Source: a virus (lineage: Duplodnaviria; Caudoviricetes). From it: DNA of 36,538 nucleotides. The first letter of the stretch is position 1. Each line of letters begins with the position of its first letter. The notes under the pieces were generated by a model that did no database searches, had not been told where the DNA came from, and worked only from the letters and a program-made list of their open reading frames with translations. The translations under genes and the position numbers were made by a program. Positions 24,505 through 34,318 of this stretch are shown piece by piece. The stretch covers positions 1 through 36,538 of the IMG/VR virus record IMGVR_UViG_3300020151_000364; one strand, written 5' to 3'.

Positions 24505-27063
24505 ATGGAAGACGCCATTGGGCAGAGCGAACTTAATAATGGGAGCCAAGTTGAGGCTGGTAAAAACCTTGGCAGGGTCAGTGTCAACTCCCAAGCCGCT
24601 ATTGATAAATCTGCATTTACTGAATTAAACAAAGAGTTTAAAGAACTTAGTAAACACGTCACTAAGTTTAAAGCAGACCTTCCCACCCTTATTACTGACA
24701 CTAAAAAGTGGGCAACTGAACTTGGCAAAGTAGCCAAGCAAATGAAAGCCATTGGAGCCGCCCAAGGTGGCGGTGGACCTGGTAGCAGTTATCTTCCTGC
24801 TGCTGGAGACGCTACTAGCGTTAACTCTGGTAACACCATTACCAGTACTAAAATCATGAACATCTATGAGGCTCCACAAGGTGGTGGAGGTGCTCCTCCT
24901 CAATCACCAAAAGCAGCCGCTTGGGATGCTATTAAGAACCTTGCTGGTTCTGCTATTAATGCAATGGACGCTCGTGCGGCACGAGGCGCTTCATACAGCC
25001 TAAGCGCTGACAAGATGAACATGCTGTACCAGCAGACCACTGGACTCAGCCAAAATCAGGTCTACCATCAATACCGTGAACCCCTCCAAAAATCTAAACT
25101 GGGAATGGGTGGAATTAACACACTCCTTGGGTTACAAGCAACTACTGGTTTAAATGCTAACAAACAGCAAAGTTCTGTTGAGGCATTAAGAGCCGCATCT
25201 GGATATGCATACAGTACCGAAGACATTGCAGGTATGACTAAGTCCCTTGCAAGTGCTCCTTCAACAAACCAACTATTTATGACCCTTGGTACAGGTATGT
25301 ATGGCATTGGTGGAAAGCAACGTACCACCCAGCAAGTTTATCAAGATGTAATTCAACGCACAGGTCTTAATAATGAAAAGATGCTTGAAGGTGCTTTTCA
25401 AGATGGCTCTATGACCCGTGCTCGTTTGAGTATGGCTGGTATTGCTGATGACCAACAAGACCTAGTTCTTCAAATGGCACAACAAAACATAGCCTTTAAG
25501 AAAAAAGGTGGTAAAGGAAACTACGACCAATCCAATAAAGAACACCGTAAGTTAATGGGTGTTGAGGATAACTATGCTAACCAAGCCGAAGAAACTACAC
25601 GAGTTCAAGCCAACCGTGAAGAAAACTTTTACAAACGACAAAACGATAACTTTGCAGATTTTGAAAAAGCAACACAAAGTGTAACTAAAGCACTTCAAGC
25701 CTTTGAAGAGAAATTGTCAGGCGTTTTAGGCGCTGCTATTTCCACTAAAGCACATCGTAGTGCCGCTAGCACTGCTTTTAGTTGGGGTAAAAAGATTGTT
25801 GGCGCAGGAATGGTGGCTGCTGGTGTTATTGGTACACCATTTACTGGTGGTACTTCAGCAGCGTTAACAATGGCTGGTGTGGGAGTTATGAATGCAGGTG
25901 GTGACCCAATAGATGATGTTACACGACGTGGTCGTGGGCGTGGTGTATGGGGAGTACGTAGGGGCAACGGAACTGGTGGTGACGCCACTGTTGAGGGAGA
26001 ACCCACCACTGTTGAAGGAACAACAGAACCCGTAGAGGCACCTGGTGTCCCAGAGTCACCACTTGCAACCCCTGCCGCACCAGCCGCACCAGCCGCACCA
26101 GCAGCACCTGCCGCACCTGCTGAACGTAAATTAGATGCCAATGATTTATCAATTATTAGTAGATTAGACCCAAGACTTCAAGGCCCTCTTAAAAAAATGA
26201 TGCTTGCTAATAAGAGATTGCATATTAGCGATGGTGTTCGTAGTGCGGCTCGTCAAGAGGCTTCGTTTCGTAAGCGTTATTCTAAAGCGCCTGCTGGTAC
26301 TACAAAAAAGACTAAAGACTCTGACCGCATTTGGAATAAAGAAGTTTGGATTTACGACAAGCATGCTGACGGTGGTCCACCAATGATGCCACCTGGAGGT
26401 TCCATGCACGAACTTGGTCTTGCGGCTGACTTGAATTGGTCGGAAAATGAGTGGGTTCGTGCTAACGCCTCTAAGTTTGGTTTGCGACACGGTGGTACTA
26501 GCCCAGGTAAAGACACTGACGAACCTTTCCACGTACAACCAGCCAGTCTTCCACAAGGAAGGTGGGAGTATGAAAACGGTCAAGGGGTTCCAGCATCTAC
26601 CCCATCTGGGGCTGCTACATCACCTGATTCAACTGTATCTTCGGGTGCTACTTCTACAGAGATATCAGGTAAATCTACTGGGGGTAGTAGCGGTGGTGGT
26701 ATTAGTTCACCAGCAACCTCAAGTTCATCACTTTCGGGACCTTCTACTTTTAAATATGCTGGGATGAGCATTGGTGAAGTAATTGGTGTTGGAAGCGTTT
26801 ACGCTTCATCTAACATAAAATCTGCCGAGAGGCCAGCAAGTTCTTTTGCACCAGGAGGTACTGGTGGTGACCCTGATTTTGGAAGACCTGTATCTGTATC
26901 ACCAGGGCAATCTCAGTCTTCTAGCAACTCTTATACTATTACGGTTTCTCCTAGTTTTAATATCCATTCATCAGGCTCTACCCCTGATTTACGAAAAATG
27001 GCTAAAGAAATTGCAAGTATGCTTGAACAGGAAGTACGAATGACAATGTTGAGGTCCTCATAA
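24505..27063 (+). CDS. Tape measure protein with a C-terminal M15 (D,D-peptidase-like) domain
   Basis: Helical A/Q/K-rich N-terminal half and a hydrophobic segment, then SDGVRS..RQ, PPGGSMHELGLAAD, WVRANASKFGL, EPFHVQ. Confidence 0.85.
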   Translation: MEDAIGQSELNNGSQVEAGKNLGRVSVNSQAAIDKSAFTELNKEFKELSKHVTKFKADLPTLITDTKKWATELGKVAKQMKAIGAAQGGGGPGSSYLPAAGDATSVNSGNTITSTKIMNIYEAPQGGGGAPPQSPKAAAWDAIKNLAGSAINAMDARAARGASYSLSADKMNMLYQQTTGLSQNQVYHQYREPLQKSKLGMGGINTLLGLQATTGLNANKQQSSVEALRAASGYAYSTEDIAGMTKSLASAPSTNQLFMTLGTGMYGIGGKQRTTQQVYQDVIQRTGLNNEKMLEGAFQDGSMTRARLSMAGIADDQQDLVLQMAQQNIAFKKKGGKGNYDQSNKEHRKLMGVEDNYANQAEETTRVQANREENFYKRQNDNFADFEKATQSVTKALQAFEEKLSGVLGAAISTKAHRSAASTAFSWGKKIVGAGMVAAGVIGTPFTGGTSAALTMAGVGVMNAGGDPIDDVTRRGRGRGVWGVRRGNGTGGDATVEGEPTTVEGTTEPVEAPGVPESPLATPAAPAAPAAPAAPAAPAERKLDANDLSIISRLDPRLQGPLKKMMLANKRLHISDGVRSAARQEASFRKRYSKAPAGTTKKTKDSDRIWNKEVWIYDKHADGGPPMMPPGGSMHELGLAADLNWSENEWVRANASKFGLRHGGTSPGKDTDEPFHVQPASLPQGRWEYENGQGVPASTPSGAATSPDSTVSSGATSTEISGKSTGGSSGGGISSPATSSSSLSGPSTFKYAGMSIGEVIGVGSVYASSNIKSAERPASSFAPGGTGGDPDFGRPVSVSPGQSQSSSNSYTITVSPSFNIHSSGSTPDLRKMAKEIASMLEQEVRMTMLRSS
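26071..26121 (+). repeat. 9-bp tandem repeat encoding a (PAA)n linker
   Basis: cctgccgca ccagccgca ccagccgca ccagcagca cctgccgca cctgct. Confidence 0.9.
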
Positions 27064-28970
27064 TGCCAGGTTATTCATCAGACCAATTTTGGAATTTTGG
27101 GTCTACATACGAAGTAGGAAAAACGTTATCACGTAAAAAAGATGACAACCCTAACTTTATTTTTCCTCGTCCACAACAACCAGACGTTTACAACACTATT
27201 AGGGGTAGACAAAATGTAGATACACGTATGCAACGTGGTTTTATTAGAGGTATTTACCAAACCGTTGGAGCGCAAAATGACCCTTCTTTGGCAAAAATAA
27301 AACAAAGAAGGTTATTCTTTCAATTTAACCCAGCAACAATTGACCGTAGTGTTGAAATGAATGCAATGGTGGCTAACCCCTTGCTTCAAGACCCTTCTCA
27401 AATCTTTCAACCAGTTGCTGGTACTGCGGCGTTTTCGTTTGATTTAACATTTAACCGAGAGGCTGAAGTTGTAGCCGCACAAAATGCTTCAACACGAATG
27501 TCAAGCACAGGTAGATGGGTAACGGATACTGCAAACCCTATAACTAGTTCATTAGATGCTTATGGAGAAAATACTTCACATTCTGATGTTGCAAGCCTTG
27601 GTGTACTTGCTGACCTCTATGTCTTGGATTCTATTATTGGACAATCAATTACTCCAGACACAAAAGATTTTATTAAAGCATATTTTGAAACAGCAGACCT
27701 TGCAAACGCCGCAAATGCCACTGTCCAAAATTCAACTACTGTAACTAACGCAGATGGTAGTACAACTCTGACGGAAACTAAGTCTGATGGAACAATTGTT
27801 ACAACAGTTACAGACACAAAGGGTAAAAAGACTATAACAACAGGAACAAGTGGAGACAGTGCTACTAACTTTGACTCTACTGGATTTGAAACAAATATTA
27901 CAAAAAACTATGGAAACGGTGCGTTCCTTAGCCCAATGCCTATTCGTATTGTGTTTTCTTCTCTATTTATGGTTGAAGGATATGTTGAAGCAAGTAGTGT
28001 ACGTTTTGCTAAGTTTACTAAAAACTATGTGCCAACTGTGTGTGCTGTTACTTTAACTATTCGTGCTTTGTATATTGGTTTTGCAAAAGAAGAAGCATAT
28101 TTAACAGCAGCATTAAAAACGGCTGTAAAAGATGTAGTAGCAGAACGTAAACAAGCAGAGGCTGAAGGTGCTTTATCTCAAAATGCAGCCGAATGGGGAA
28201 CTAACTTTTTATACAAAAGTTGTAGTATTCAAAAACTAATTAAACAAACTGCTACCAGTAATTATACAAATGGATTATACGTACATGATTATGATACTTT
28301 TTATGATTTTTGGAATGATGGTCGTTGGCCCGCAGGAGGAGTAAAAGCATCAGGTGGAGGGTTAATAACTTTTAATAACTCTTCTGGTGGAGCAGGGCGA
28401 GAAACCAATTTAGTTCGTTCTTACGCTAGTGAAACTGTAAGAACAAGAATAAAAGACAGTGAATTTACATGGACATTTGATGCAAGGTTTATGTTAGAAG
28501 AATACCTTCCAGATAAAAAAACAAAAGTTCAAACATTGTTAGATACAAACATTAAATATGTCAAATATAATACTTCTTTTCAACCATCAGGAGGTGAAGA
28601 AGTAACTAATCAAGAAGTTGCAAACTTTACAAATGCTAAAAAAAGCATAGATGACTCCCGTAGGACTGACTATAAAATTGAAGTACCTAATGATGGCAAC
28701 CAAAGTGGTATGCCAATGTTTAAAGATTCTAAAAACATTGTGAAATTAACAATTACACATAATAATCAATATAGTGCAAAACTGTCTTCAGGTGATACCA
28801 AAACTGGTACTGGTGTAATGGCTTATTCTACTTTTATTACTAAAACTAAAAAAACAAGCCCAGGTACTGGTCTCTCTTGGGAAGAACTAGATAAACAAGG
28901 AGTTGAGTACACACTGCCCGTTGGTGTAAACCCTGTAACTTCTGGTGGTAGAAGGAGTACTCCAAATTGA
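27063..28970 (+). CDS. Baseplate tube-initiator-like protein with a long C-terminal extension
   Basis: LFFQFNPATIDRS...FSFDLTFNR...PIRIVFS...EGYV...FTKNYVPT; follows the tape measure by TAATG coupling. Confidence 0.65.
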   Translation: MPGYSSDQFWNFGSTYEVGKTLSRKKDDNPNFIFPRPQQPDVYNTIRGRQNVDTRMQRGFIRGIYQTVGAQNDPSLAKIKQRRLFFQFNPATIDRSVEMNAMVANPLLQDPSQIFQPVAGTAAFSFDLTFNREAEVVAAQNASTRMSSTGRWVTDTANPITSSLDAYGENTSHSDVASLGVLADLYVLDSIIGQSITPDTKDFIKAYFETADLANAANATVQNSTTVTNADGSTTLTETKSDGTIVTTVTDTKGKKTITTGTSGDSATNFDSTGFETNITKNYGNGAFLSPMPIRIVFSSLFMVEGYVEASSVRFAKFTKNYVPTVCAVTLTIRALYIGFAKEEAYLTAALKTAVKDVVAERKQAEAEGALSQNAAEWGTNFLYKSCSIQKLIKQTATSNYTNGLYVHDYDTFYDFWNDGRWPAGGVKASGGGLITFNNSSGGAGRETNLVRSYASETVRTRIKDSEFTWTFDARFMLEEYLPDKKTKVQTLLDTNIKYVKYNTSFQPSGGEEVTNQEVANFTNAKKSIDDSRRTDYKIEVPNDGNQSGMPMFKDSKNIVKLTITHNNQYSAKLSSGDTKTGTGVMAYSTFITKTKKTSPGTGLSWEELDKQGVEYTLPVGVNPVTSGGRRSTPN

Positions 28971-29224
28971 TTATTAAAGGTTCTCGTTATGCAGAAAGTA
29001 CTGAAACACGAAATGAAGATACTAAAGTAATTGCGGAAGTTAAATCCTATACAACTTCTTCTTATTTTTCTGTTGTTACTCAACAATATGAAACGTTTGC
29101 GTCACTTGCAGCAGCCCATTTAAAAGACCCAACTTTGTATTGGAAAATTGCAGACCTTAATAAGTCTTTAGGTTACCCAGATTTCATAGTAACAGGAACA
29201 GTTATTAAGGTTCCATTCAGATGA
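28967..29224 (+). CDS. LysM/gpX-like baseplate protein
   Basis: ETFASLAAAHLKDPTLYWKIADLN...GTVIKVP. Confidence 0.8.
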   Translation: MIIKGSRYAESTETRNEDTKVIAEVKSYTTSSYFSVVTQQYETFASLAAAHLKDPTLYWKIADLNKSLGYPDFIVTGTVIKVPFR

Positions 29225-30393
29225 TTTTTAAAAGCGCATCTCAACTATCTCCAAAAGTAGAAGTATCTATTGACAATGTCCCTGTTAACTACATGACATT
29301 GCAACAAATAACAGTTGAAGAAAAAGAAAACATGCATAATCTTGCTATTCTTGAATTTGCTGGTATGAATACCGAGTTAATACATGAGTATTTAAATGTT
29401 CCAATTACTTTTAGCATTGAACTGACTGGTAAAGATATATTTAGTTTTTACGGGTATATAACATTTGTAGAGCCAATAGCAGTTACACATGATGGTGTTA
29501 TAAATAAAAGTCCATTTCAAAACACACGTGTTTACTGTCTTGGTTCAAGTTATGAAATGAAATCAACTTATTCTCGTATTTGGGAAAACATTACTATTTC
29601 TGAAATTGCAACACAAATTGCTGAAAAATACAAATTTTCTGTATCTGTTCCAAATAACTCTTATCGTTTTCCACGTCTTGTACAGACAAGTCAATCTGAT
29701 TGGAAGTTTTTAACTAAAGCATCAGAACTTCTTGGATACTCTGTACTTATGGATGGCACTCATATCCGAATTTGGGACCCATATGAGGCTTTGTATCAAA
29801 ATGTTTCGTACAGTATGCTTTTAACAATACGTGGAAGCAGGGGAAGTGTGCAACCACAGCCAGGGCAAATACTTAAATTTGAAGGGCGCATTGGTGCCAT
29901 AACTACTGATGGTTCCCGTTCTTCAGATACTATTCATATGTTAGACAAATCTGGGCAATTATTATCTGTTTCAAATGCTGAAAACTTTGAATCATCTGGA
30001 TTGGCAACAGGTTTTGAATCTCAATTTAATAATGTTCTTTCTATTAATACTGACTCCTTTGACACGGCTAACCGCTTGGTTACTGGAACATTGAGAAAGA
30101 AATTCCCAATGAGGGCTAGTTTAGAAGTGGTATCTGACCCAAGTATTAAACCTGGTGGAGTTGTAAGCATTAATGAGTACAACACTGAATTTGATGGCTT
30201 TTGGTATGTCACGTCAGTGCGTCATGAATTATTACAATCCCATATGCGTACTTATTTAGAATTAGCAAGGGATGGACTTGGTAAAGTTGCTACAGCAAAT
30301 AAAGTAGCATCTACATATGTTATTCCCCCTGAACCTGCTCTTATTGGAACTACATGGGTTTCATCTAGAAACTATACCCATGTCTATAATTAG
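29221..30393 (+). CDS. Baseplate hub protein (gpD/VgrG-N-like)
   Basis: IATQIAEKY, QTSQSDWKFL, DPSIKPG, DGFWYVTSVRH. Confidence 0.85.
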   Translation: MIFKSASQLSPKVEVSIDNVPVNYMTLQQITVEEKENMHNLAILEFAGMNTELIHEYLNVPITFSIELTGKDIFSFYGYITFVEPIAVTHDGVINKSPFQNTRVYCLGSSYEMKSTYSRIWENITISEIATQIAEKYKFSVSVPNNSYRFPRLVQTSQSDWKFLTKASELLGYSVLMDGTHIRIWDPYEALYQNVSYSMLLTIRGSRGSVQPQPGQILKFEGRIGAITTDGSRSSDTIHMLDKSGQLLSVSNAENFESSGLATGFESQFNNVLSINTDSFDTANRLVTGTLRKKFPMRASLEVVSDPSIKPGGVVSINEYNTEFDGFWYVTSVRHELLQSHMRTYLELARDGLGKVATANKVASTYVIPPEPALIGTTWVSSRNYTHVYN

Positions 30394-30406
30394 TAGGATT
30401 TAAACA

Positions 30407-30817
30407 ATGAAATCTATAGCAATCCCTTTTTCCTTTACGTCCGATACTGGTGCAGTTGCAACTATTTCAGATATTGACTCTGTTATGAAACAAAATATTA
30501 TGGACATCATTACTACGTCTCCTGGAGAACGTGTGATGCTTTTTGACTATGGGGCAAACATCCGAAGTCTTTTATTTGAAGAGCCAGACCAGTTGGTTTA
30601 CGATGAGTACCGTATGGACATTATTAATGATTTAAACGGAAAATTGCCGTTTGGAAAAGTAATAGATGTTCAAATTGGAGTTCCATCAGATTCTTTGTAT
30701 GTAGAAAATACTGCTACAGTTATTTCAATTGCTATAAAATACATAATTCCACCCTTTGATACTTCCACAATGACTTTTAATTTAAATAATACAAACATAA
30801 CGTTCGGAGGGGCGTAA
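30407..30817 (+). CDS. Baseplate wedge subunit gp25/gpW-like
   Basis: IPFSF, TSPGERVM..DYGANIRSLLFE. Confidence 0.9.
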   Translation: MKSIAIPFSFTSDTGAVATISDIDSVMKQNIMDIITTSPGERVMLFDYGANIRSLLFEEPDQLVYDEYRMDIINDLNGKLPFGKVIDVQIGVPSDSLYVENTATVISIAIKYIIPPFDTSTMTFNLNNTNITFGGA

Positions 30818-30818
30818 C

Positions 30819-32339
30819 ATGGCTAGTTTTGATTACACAAGCAGGGATTACCTGTCTATTCGCCAAGATATTTTAGACCGTGCGTCATCCCTTATTCCTG
30901 AATGGACTAATCGTAATTCTGCTGATTTTGGAGTGGTGTTAGTAGACCTTTGGGCATACCTTGGCGATATTCTTCACTATTATATTGACCGTGCTGCCGC
31001 TGAAACATACCTTGGTACTGCTATAAATACTTCTAGTGTTATGGCTTTAGCAAATTTGTTTGACTACCGCCCTGCTTCTCAAACAGCATCAATTAGTTAT
31101 GTAACTTTAACTACAAGCGACGCTACGCATTCAGATACAATAGTAATTCCGCAAAATACTGGTTTTATTGCCCCTGCAACAGATAATGAACCTTTGGTTT
31201 ATTTTACAAGTACAGCATCCGCAAGTATGGGCGCTTCTGCTTCATCTGTGGTTGTTCAAGTTGCAGAAGGTAAGTATGTAGGTAACGAATCACCTATCCA
31301 AGCAGTAACTCGTAATACGTATAGTAATGGAACTGCTAGTCAACGTTTTAATTTGCGTTTTGCAAATGTAATTCCTTCAAGCATTGTTGTGTACATTGCA
31401 GAAGGTACAAGTGCTGGTGGAGTTGCAAGTAATGTTCAATATTTTTATACTTCAGATATAACGTTAAGTAGCACAAACAGTAAAGTTTTTGGAATTGAAA
31501 TTGCTGCTGATGGCGTTGCACAACTTGTTTTTGGAAATGGTATTAACGGAAAAATTCCTAACAACCGTGCTGAAGTAACAGTTTCGTATCGTTACGGGCA
31601 AGGTGCTTCTGGAAACATTTCTTCTGGAAGAATTGCATCATTTGATTCTGGTTCTAGTATTTCCACTCTTTCTGTTACATCATCAACCGCCGCTACAGGT
31701 GGTACTAATTCTGAATCTTTAGAATCAATGAAAACAAATATACCTTTAATGTTCCGAACACAAAATCGTGCAGTGTCTCTTCAAGACTTTAAGGATTTAG
31801 CATTAAGGGTTCCACAAGTAGTTAAAGCAACTTGTGAAGTAGTTGCTGGAAGTTCTTCTCCTACAGAAATTCTAATTTATGGTCTTCCGTACCAATCTGA
31901 TTACTTAACAAATGCAGATGTTTCAATAACTGTCCCATCATACGTAAAAGACGAAATTGTTGAATACTTTGAACCACGCACACTTGTTGGGGCTAGTGCT
32001 GGTGCTGCTAATAGTGTTGTATTAGATGCCGTCAAACTTACAGCAACTATTTATGTTGCAGACAATGCTGTTACATACTGGGTTAAAGAAGCAGTTGCAG
32101 ATGCTATTGACACTTTCTTTTTGTTTGATAATGTTTCATTTGGTCAAACATTATCAATTGGCGCTTTCTATAAAGCAATTCAAAGCATTGAAGGTGTTGA
32201 CTACGTAATTATTACGGCTTTTAATAATGATGAATCTGGGGCAGTGTCGTCAACAATAACAGCGGCAAGTAATCAGTTATTTAGAAAAGGTCTTATTACG
32301 CTGACAACTGTTGGTGGTATTACAGGGTCGCTTTCTTAA
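30819..32339 (+). CDS. Baseplate wedge subunit (gpJ/T4 gp6-like)
   Basis: DYTSRDY, DFGVVL, FGNGINGKIP, ATGGTNSES, RAVSLQDF, IEGVDYV. Confidence 0.92.
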   Translation: MASFDYTSRDYLSIRQDILDRASSLIPEWTNRNSADFGVVLVDLWAYLGDILHYYIDRAAAETYLGTAINTSSVMALANLFDYRPASQTASISYVTLTTSDATHSDTIVIPQNTGFIAPATDNEPLVYFTSTASASMGASASSVVVQVAEGKYVGNESPIQAVTRNTYSNGTASQRFNLRFANVIPSSIVVYIAEGTSAGGVASNVQYFYTSDITLSSTNSKVFGIEIAADGVAQLVFGNGINGKIPNNRAEVTVSYRYGQGASGNISSGRIASFDSGSSISTLSVTSSTAATGGTNSESLESMKTNIPLMFRTQNRAVSLQDFKDLALRVPQVVKATCEVVAGSSSPTEILIYGLPYQSDYLTNADVSITVPSYVKDEIVEYFEPRTLVGASAGAANSVVLDAVKLTATIYVADNAVTYWVKEAVADAIDTFFLFDNVSFGQTLSIGAFYKAIQSIEGVDYVIITAFNNDESGAVSSTITAASNQLFRKGLITLTTVGGITGSLS

Positions 32340-32341
32340 TT

Positions 32342-34051
32342 ATGGCTTATACATCTTTTACACTTCGTAAAACAAGCGATGGTTCAAACCTTCGTAAGGA
32401 TGCTGCTATTGATAGTGCATTGCGTTCCGATGGTATTTCTATTGAAAACAATATTGCGTCTTTTACAACAGGTACAAATACTTTTTCTGCTAATAACCTT
32501 AGTCAAGGCTCTGTAGTACTTACTTGGACATTAGAAGAAACGCTTACTGCACTTTCTATTGGGCCAGTTGTACCGACTGAACTTCGTATTGTTTCTTCAT
32601 TTAGTGGTGAACCAGTTACTATTCGTGATGGAAATACTGTACAAATTATTACAGCACAGACGGCAACTGACACACATATTGATACACCCGTAATTCAAGA
32701 AGGTCGTTGGGTGTACTATTCTTTGTTTGTAAAATACAGCAATACTACCGATTACTGGTATGAGCGTGTAGCAACTTTGTATATTCAAATACCTATTAGT
32801 TACGGTTCTGTTGAAGGAATGTGGAAACAAATTCCTGAATATTATAAAACTCTTGATTACGCTCAGCCCGACCTTGAAAATGGTTACACCCCTTTATATT
32901 CTTTTCTTGAGTTAATTGGTAATGAAGTAGACCGCACAAGGACACTTATTGAAAGTGTTGCTCTTTCCAATGACCCTGAGTTAGCAGTAACACCAGCACT
33001 GCAACAACTTGCTAAAGAAGTTGGATTAGAAATAACAACTGACGACTTAGGAACAAGTAAAGTACGTGCACTATTAAATAACATTGGAACGTTGCGCCAA
33101 CAAAAAGGCACAATTTCAAACATTTGTTCTTACATTTCAGCATTGACTGGTTGTCGTGTTGAGTATGAATACAATGGTGCTCTTGCTAAACCCCATGTAT
33201 TCAATATTTACGCACAACGAATTAACTTTATTTCAGACCCAGAATTTGTAGACACTACAATTACAACAACTACAGCCACGGTAACCAAAGGTGGTAGCAC
33301 TGTCTACGCTCAAAGGTACCTAACTAACACTTGGGGTGTTGTCGTATATGGTTCAGATGTTATTAGCGCCTCTAGCCCAGCACTTACAAAAATAGGTAAT
33401 AGTCTTAAAGTTCAACTGCCCAGTGGTTCTTACACAAACAGAACCGTTCTTGTCTACCCACGAATCCCCTTCCCATACCTTGGTACAGAAATCTATGGAA
33501 CTAGTTACGACTATTCCAGCACTTCTGGCGCTTCTTTTTCTGAATTACATACAGCAACAAACACGGTAAGAACTACATGGGAAACTACAACAACTTGGCC
33601 TGCTTCTCTATTTGCAGATGACAGTTGGTATGCAGGTCTTAAATATACTTTTAATAACTTGTCCTATCGCCCAAGTTTAGAATACGCACCGTCTACAACT
33701 GGAGCATCTGCAACGGTAAGTTCTGTACCAGTTCTGGTCTTTACAATGCCACCTAATAGTTCTATTACGGTAGGCAATTGGTTGTTTGAGGCTGCGACTA
33801 ATGGTAGTTACTTTTCAGGAAATACACGTGAGGGTGGATATATACCTCTTCAAGAAGGTGCTTTAGGTACAGGAACTTTTGACTATTATTGGCAAACATA
33901 CCCTGGTGGTAAAGATAACTCTTATTCATTTTATCTTTCAGACCATGAACGTACTATTAAAACTACCGAACGAGTCATTGGACAATACATTGCCCCTGTG
34001 ACTATGGTGGAAGATTACACCCTAGAATGGGATTACTACAGCGGAAAGTAA
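32342..34051 (+). CDS. Baseplate protein with a P2 gpI-like domain
   Basis: IPEYY, LYSFLELIG, LQQLAKEVGL...RQQKGT...ALTG; follows the gpJ-like gene. Confidence 0.7.
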   Translation: MAYTSFTLRKTSDGSNLRKDAAIDSALRSDGISIENNIASFTTGTNTFSANNLSQGSVVLTWTLEETLTALSIGPVVPTELRIVSSFSGEPVTIRDGNTVQIITAQTATDTHIDTPVIQEGRWVYYSLFVKYSNTTDYWYERVATLYIQIPISYGSVEGMWKQIPEYYKTLDYAQPDLENGYTPLYSFLELIGNEVDRTRTLIESVALSNDPELAVTPALQQLAKEVGLEITTDDLGTSKVRALLNNIGTLRQQKGTISNICSYISALTGCRVEYEYNGALAKPHVFNIYAQRINFISDPEFVDTTITTTTATVTKGGSTVYAQRYLTNTWGVVVYGSDVISASSPALTKIGNSLKVQLPSGSYTNRTVLVYPRIPFPYLGTEIYGTSYDYSSTSGASFSELHTATNTVRTTWETTTTWPASLFADDSWYAGLKYTFNNLSYRPSLEYAPSTTGASATVSSVPVLVFTMPPNSSITVGNWLFEAATNGSYFSGNTREGGYIPLQEGALGTGTFDYYWQTYPGGKDNSYSFYLSDHERTIKTTERVIGQYIAPVTMVEDYTLEWDYYSGK

Positions 34052-34054
34052 AAG

Positions 34055-34309
34055 ATGAATTATATAATTGCTGGACTAGCAGTCTACAAAATGTTGCAAA
34101 TACTTGATGTACTTACCCCTAAAGAGGCGATGCCTTGGGTAAAGATTATTTTTGGTGTCCTTTTGGGCTATGTATCTACGCTTCTCCTAACGGTTCCCAA
34201 TGTCCCCCTTAGTGGCTTGGTGATTGGAACAATTGCTGGTACAGTACATGGTCTGCTCAGGTTGCTAACACTTTTAGGAGACTGGGCACAACGCAAAGCA
34301 ACACGTTAG
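34055..34309 (+). CDS. Small multi-TM membrane protein
   Basis: Two to three hydrophobic helices and a basic C-terminus. Confidence 0.65.
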   Translation: MNYIIAGLAVYKMLQILDVLTPKEAMPWVKIIFGVLLGYVSTLLLTVPNVPLSGLVIGTIAGTVHGLLRLLTLLGDWAQRKATR

Positions 34310-34318
34310 GAATACAAA

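Noticed and set aside
24369-24752. Minus-strand 127-aa ORF covering the chaperone/tape-measure gap
   Set aside because: It overlaps the tape measure in antisense; the gap is better explained by the +1-frame chaperone extension.
21396-34051. Bacterial extracellular contractile injection system or tailocin
   Set aside because: Sheath, tube and baseplate resemble such systems, but terminase, portal, scaffold and capsid are present, so this is a phage.
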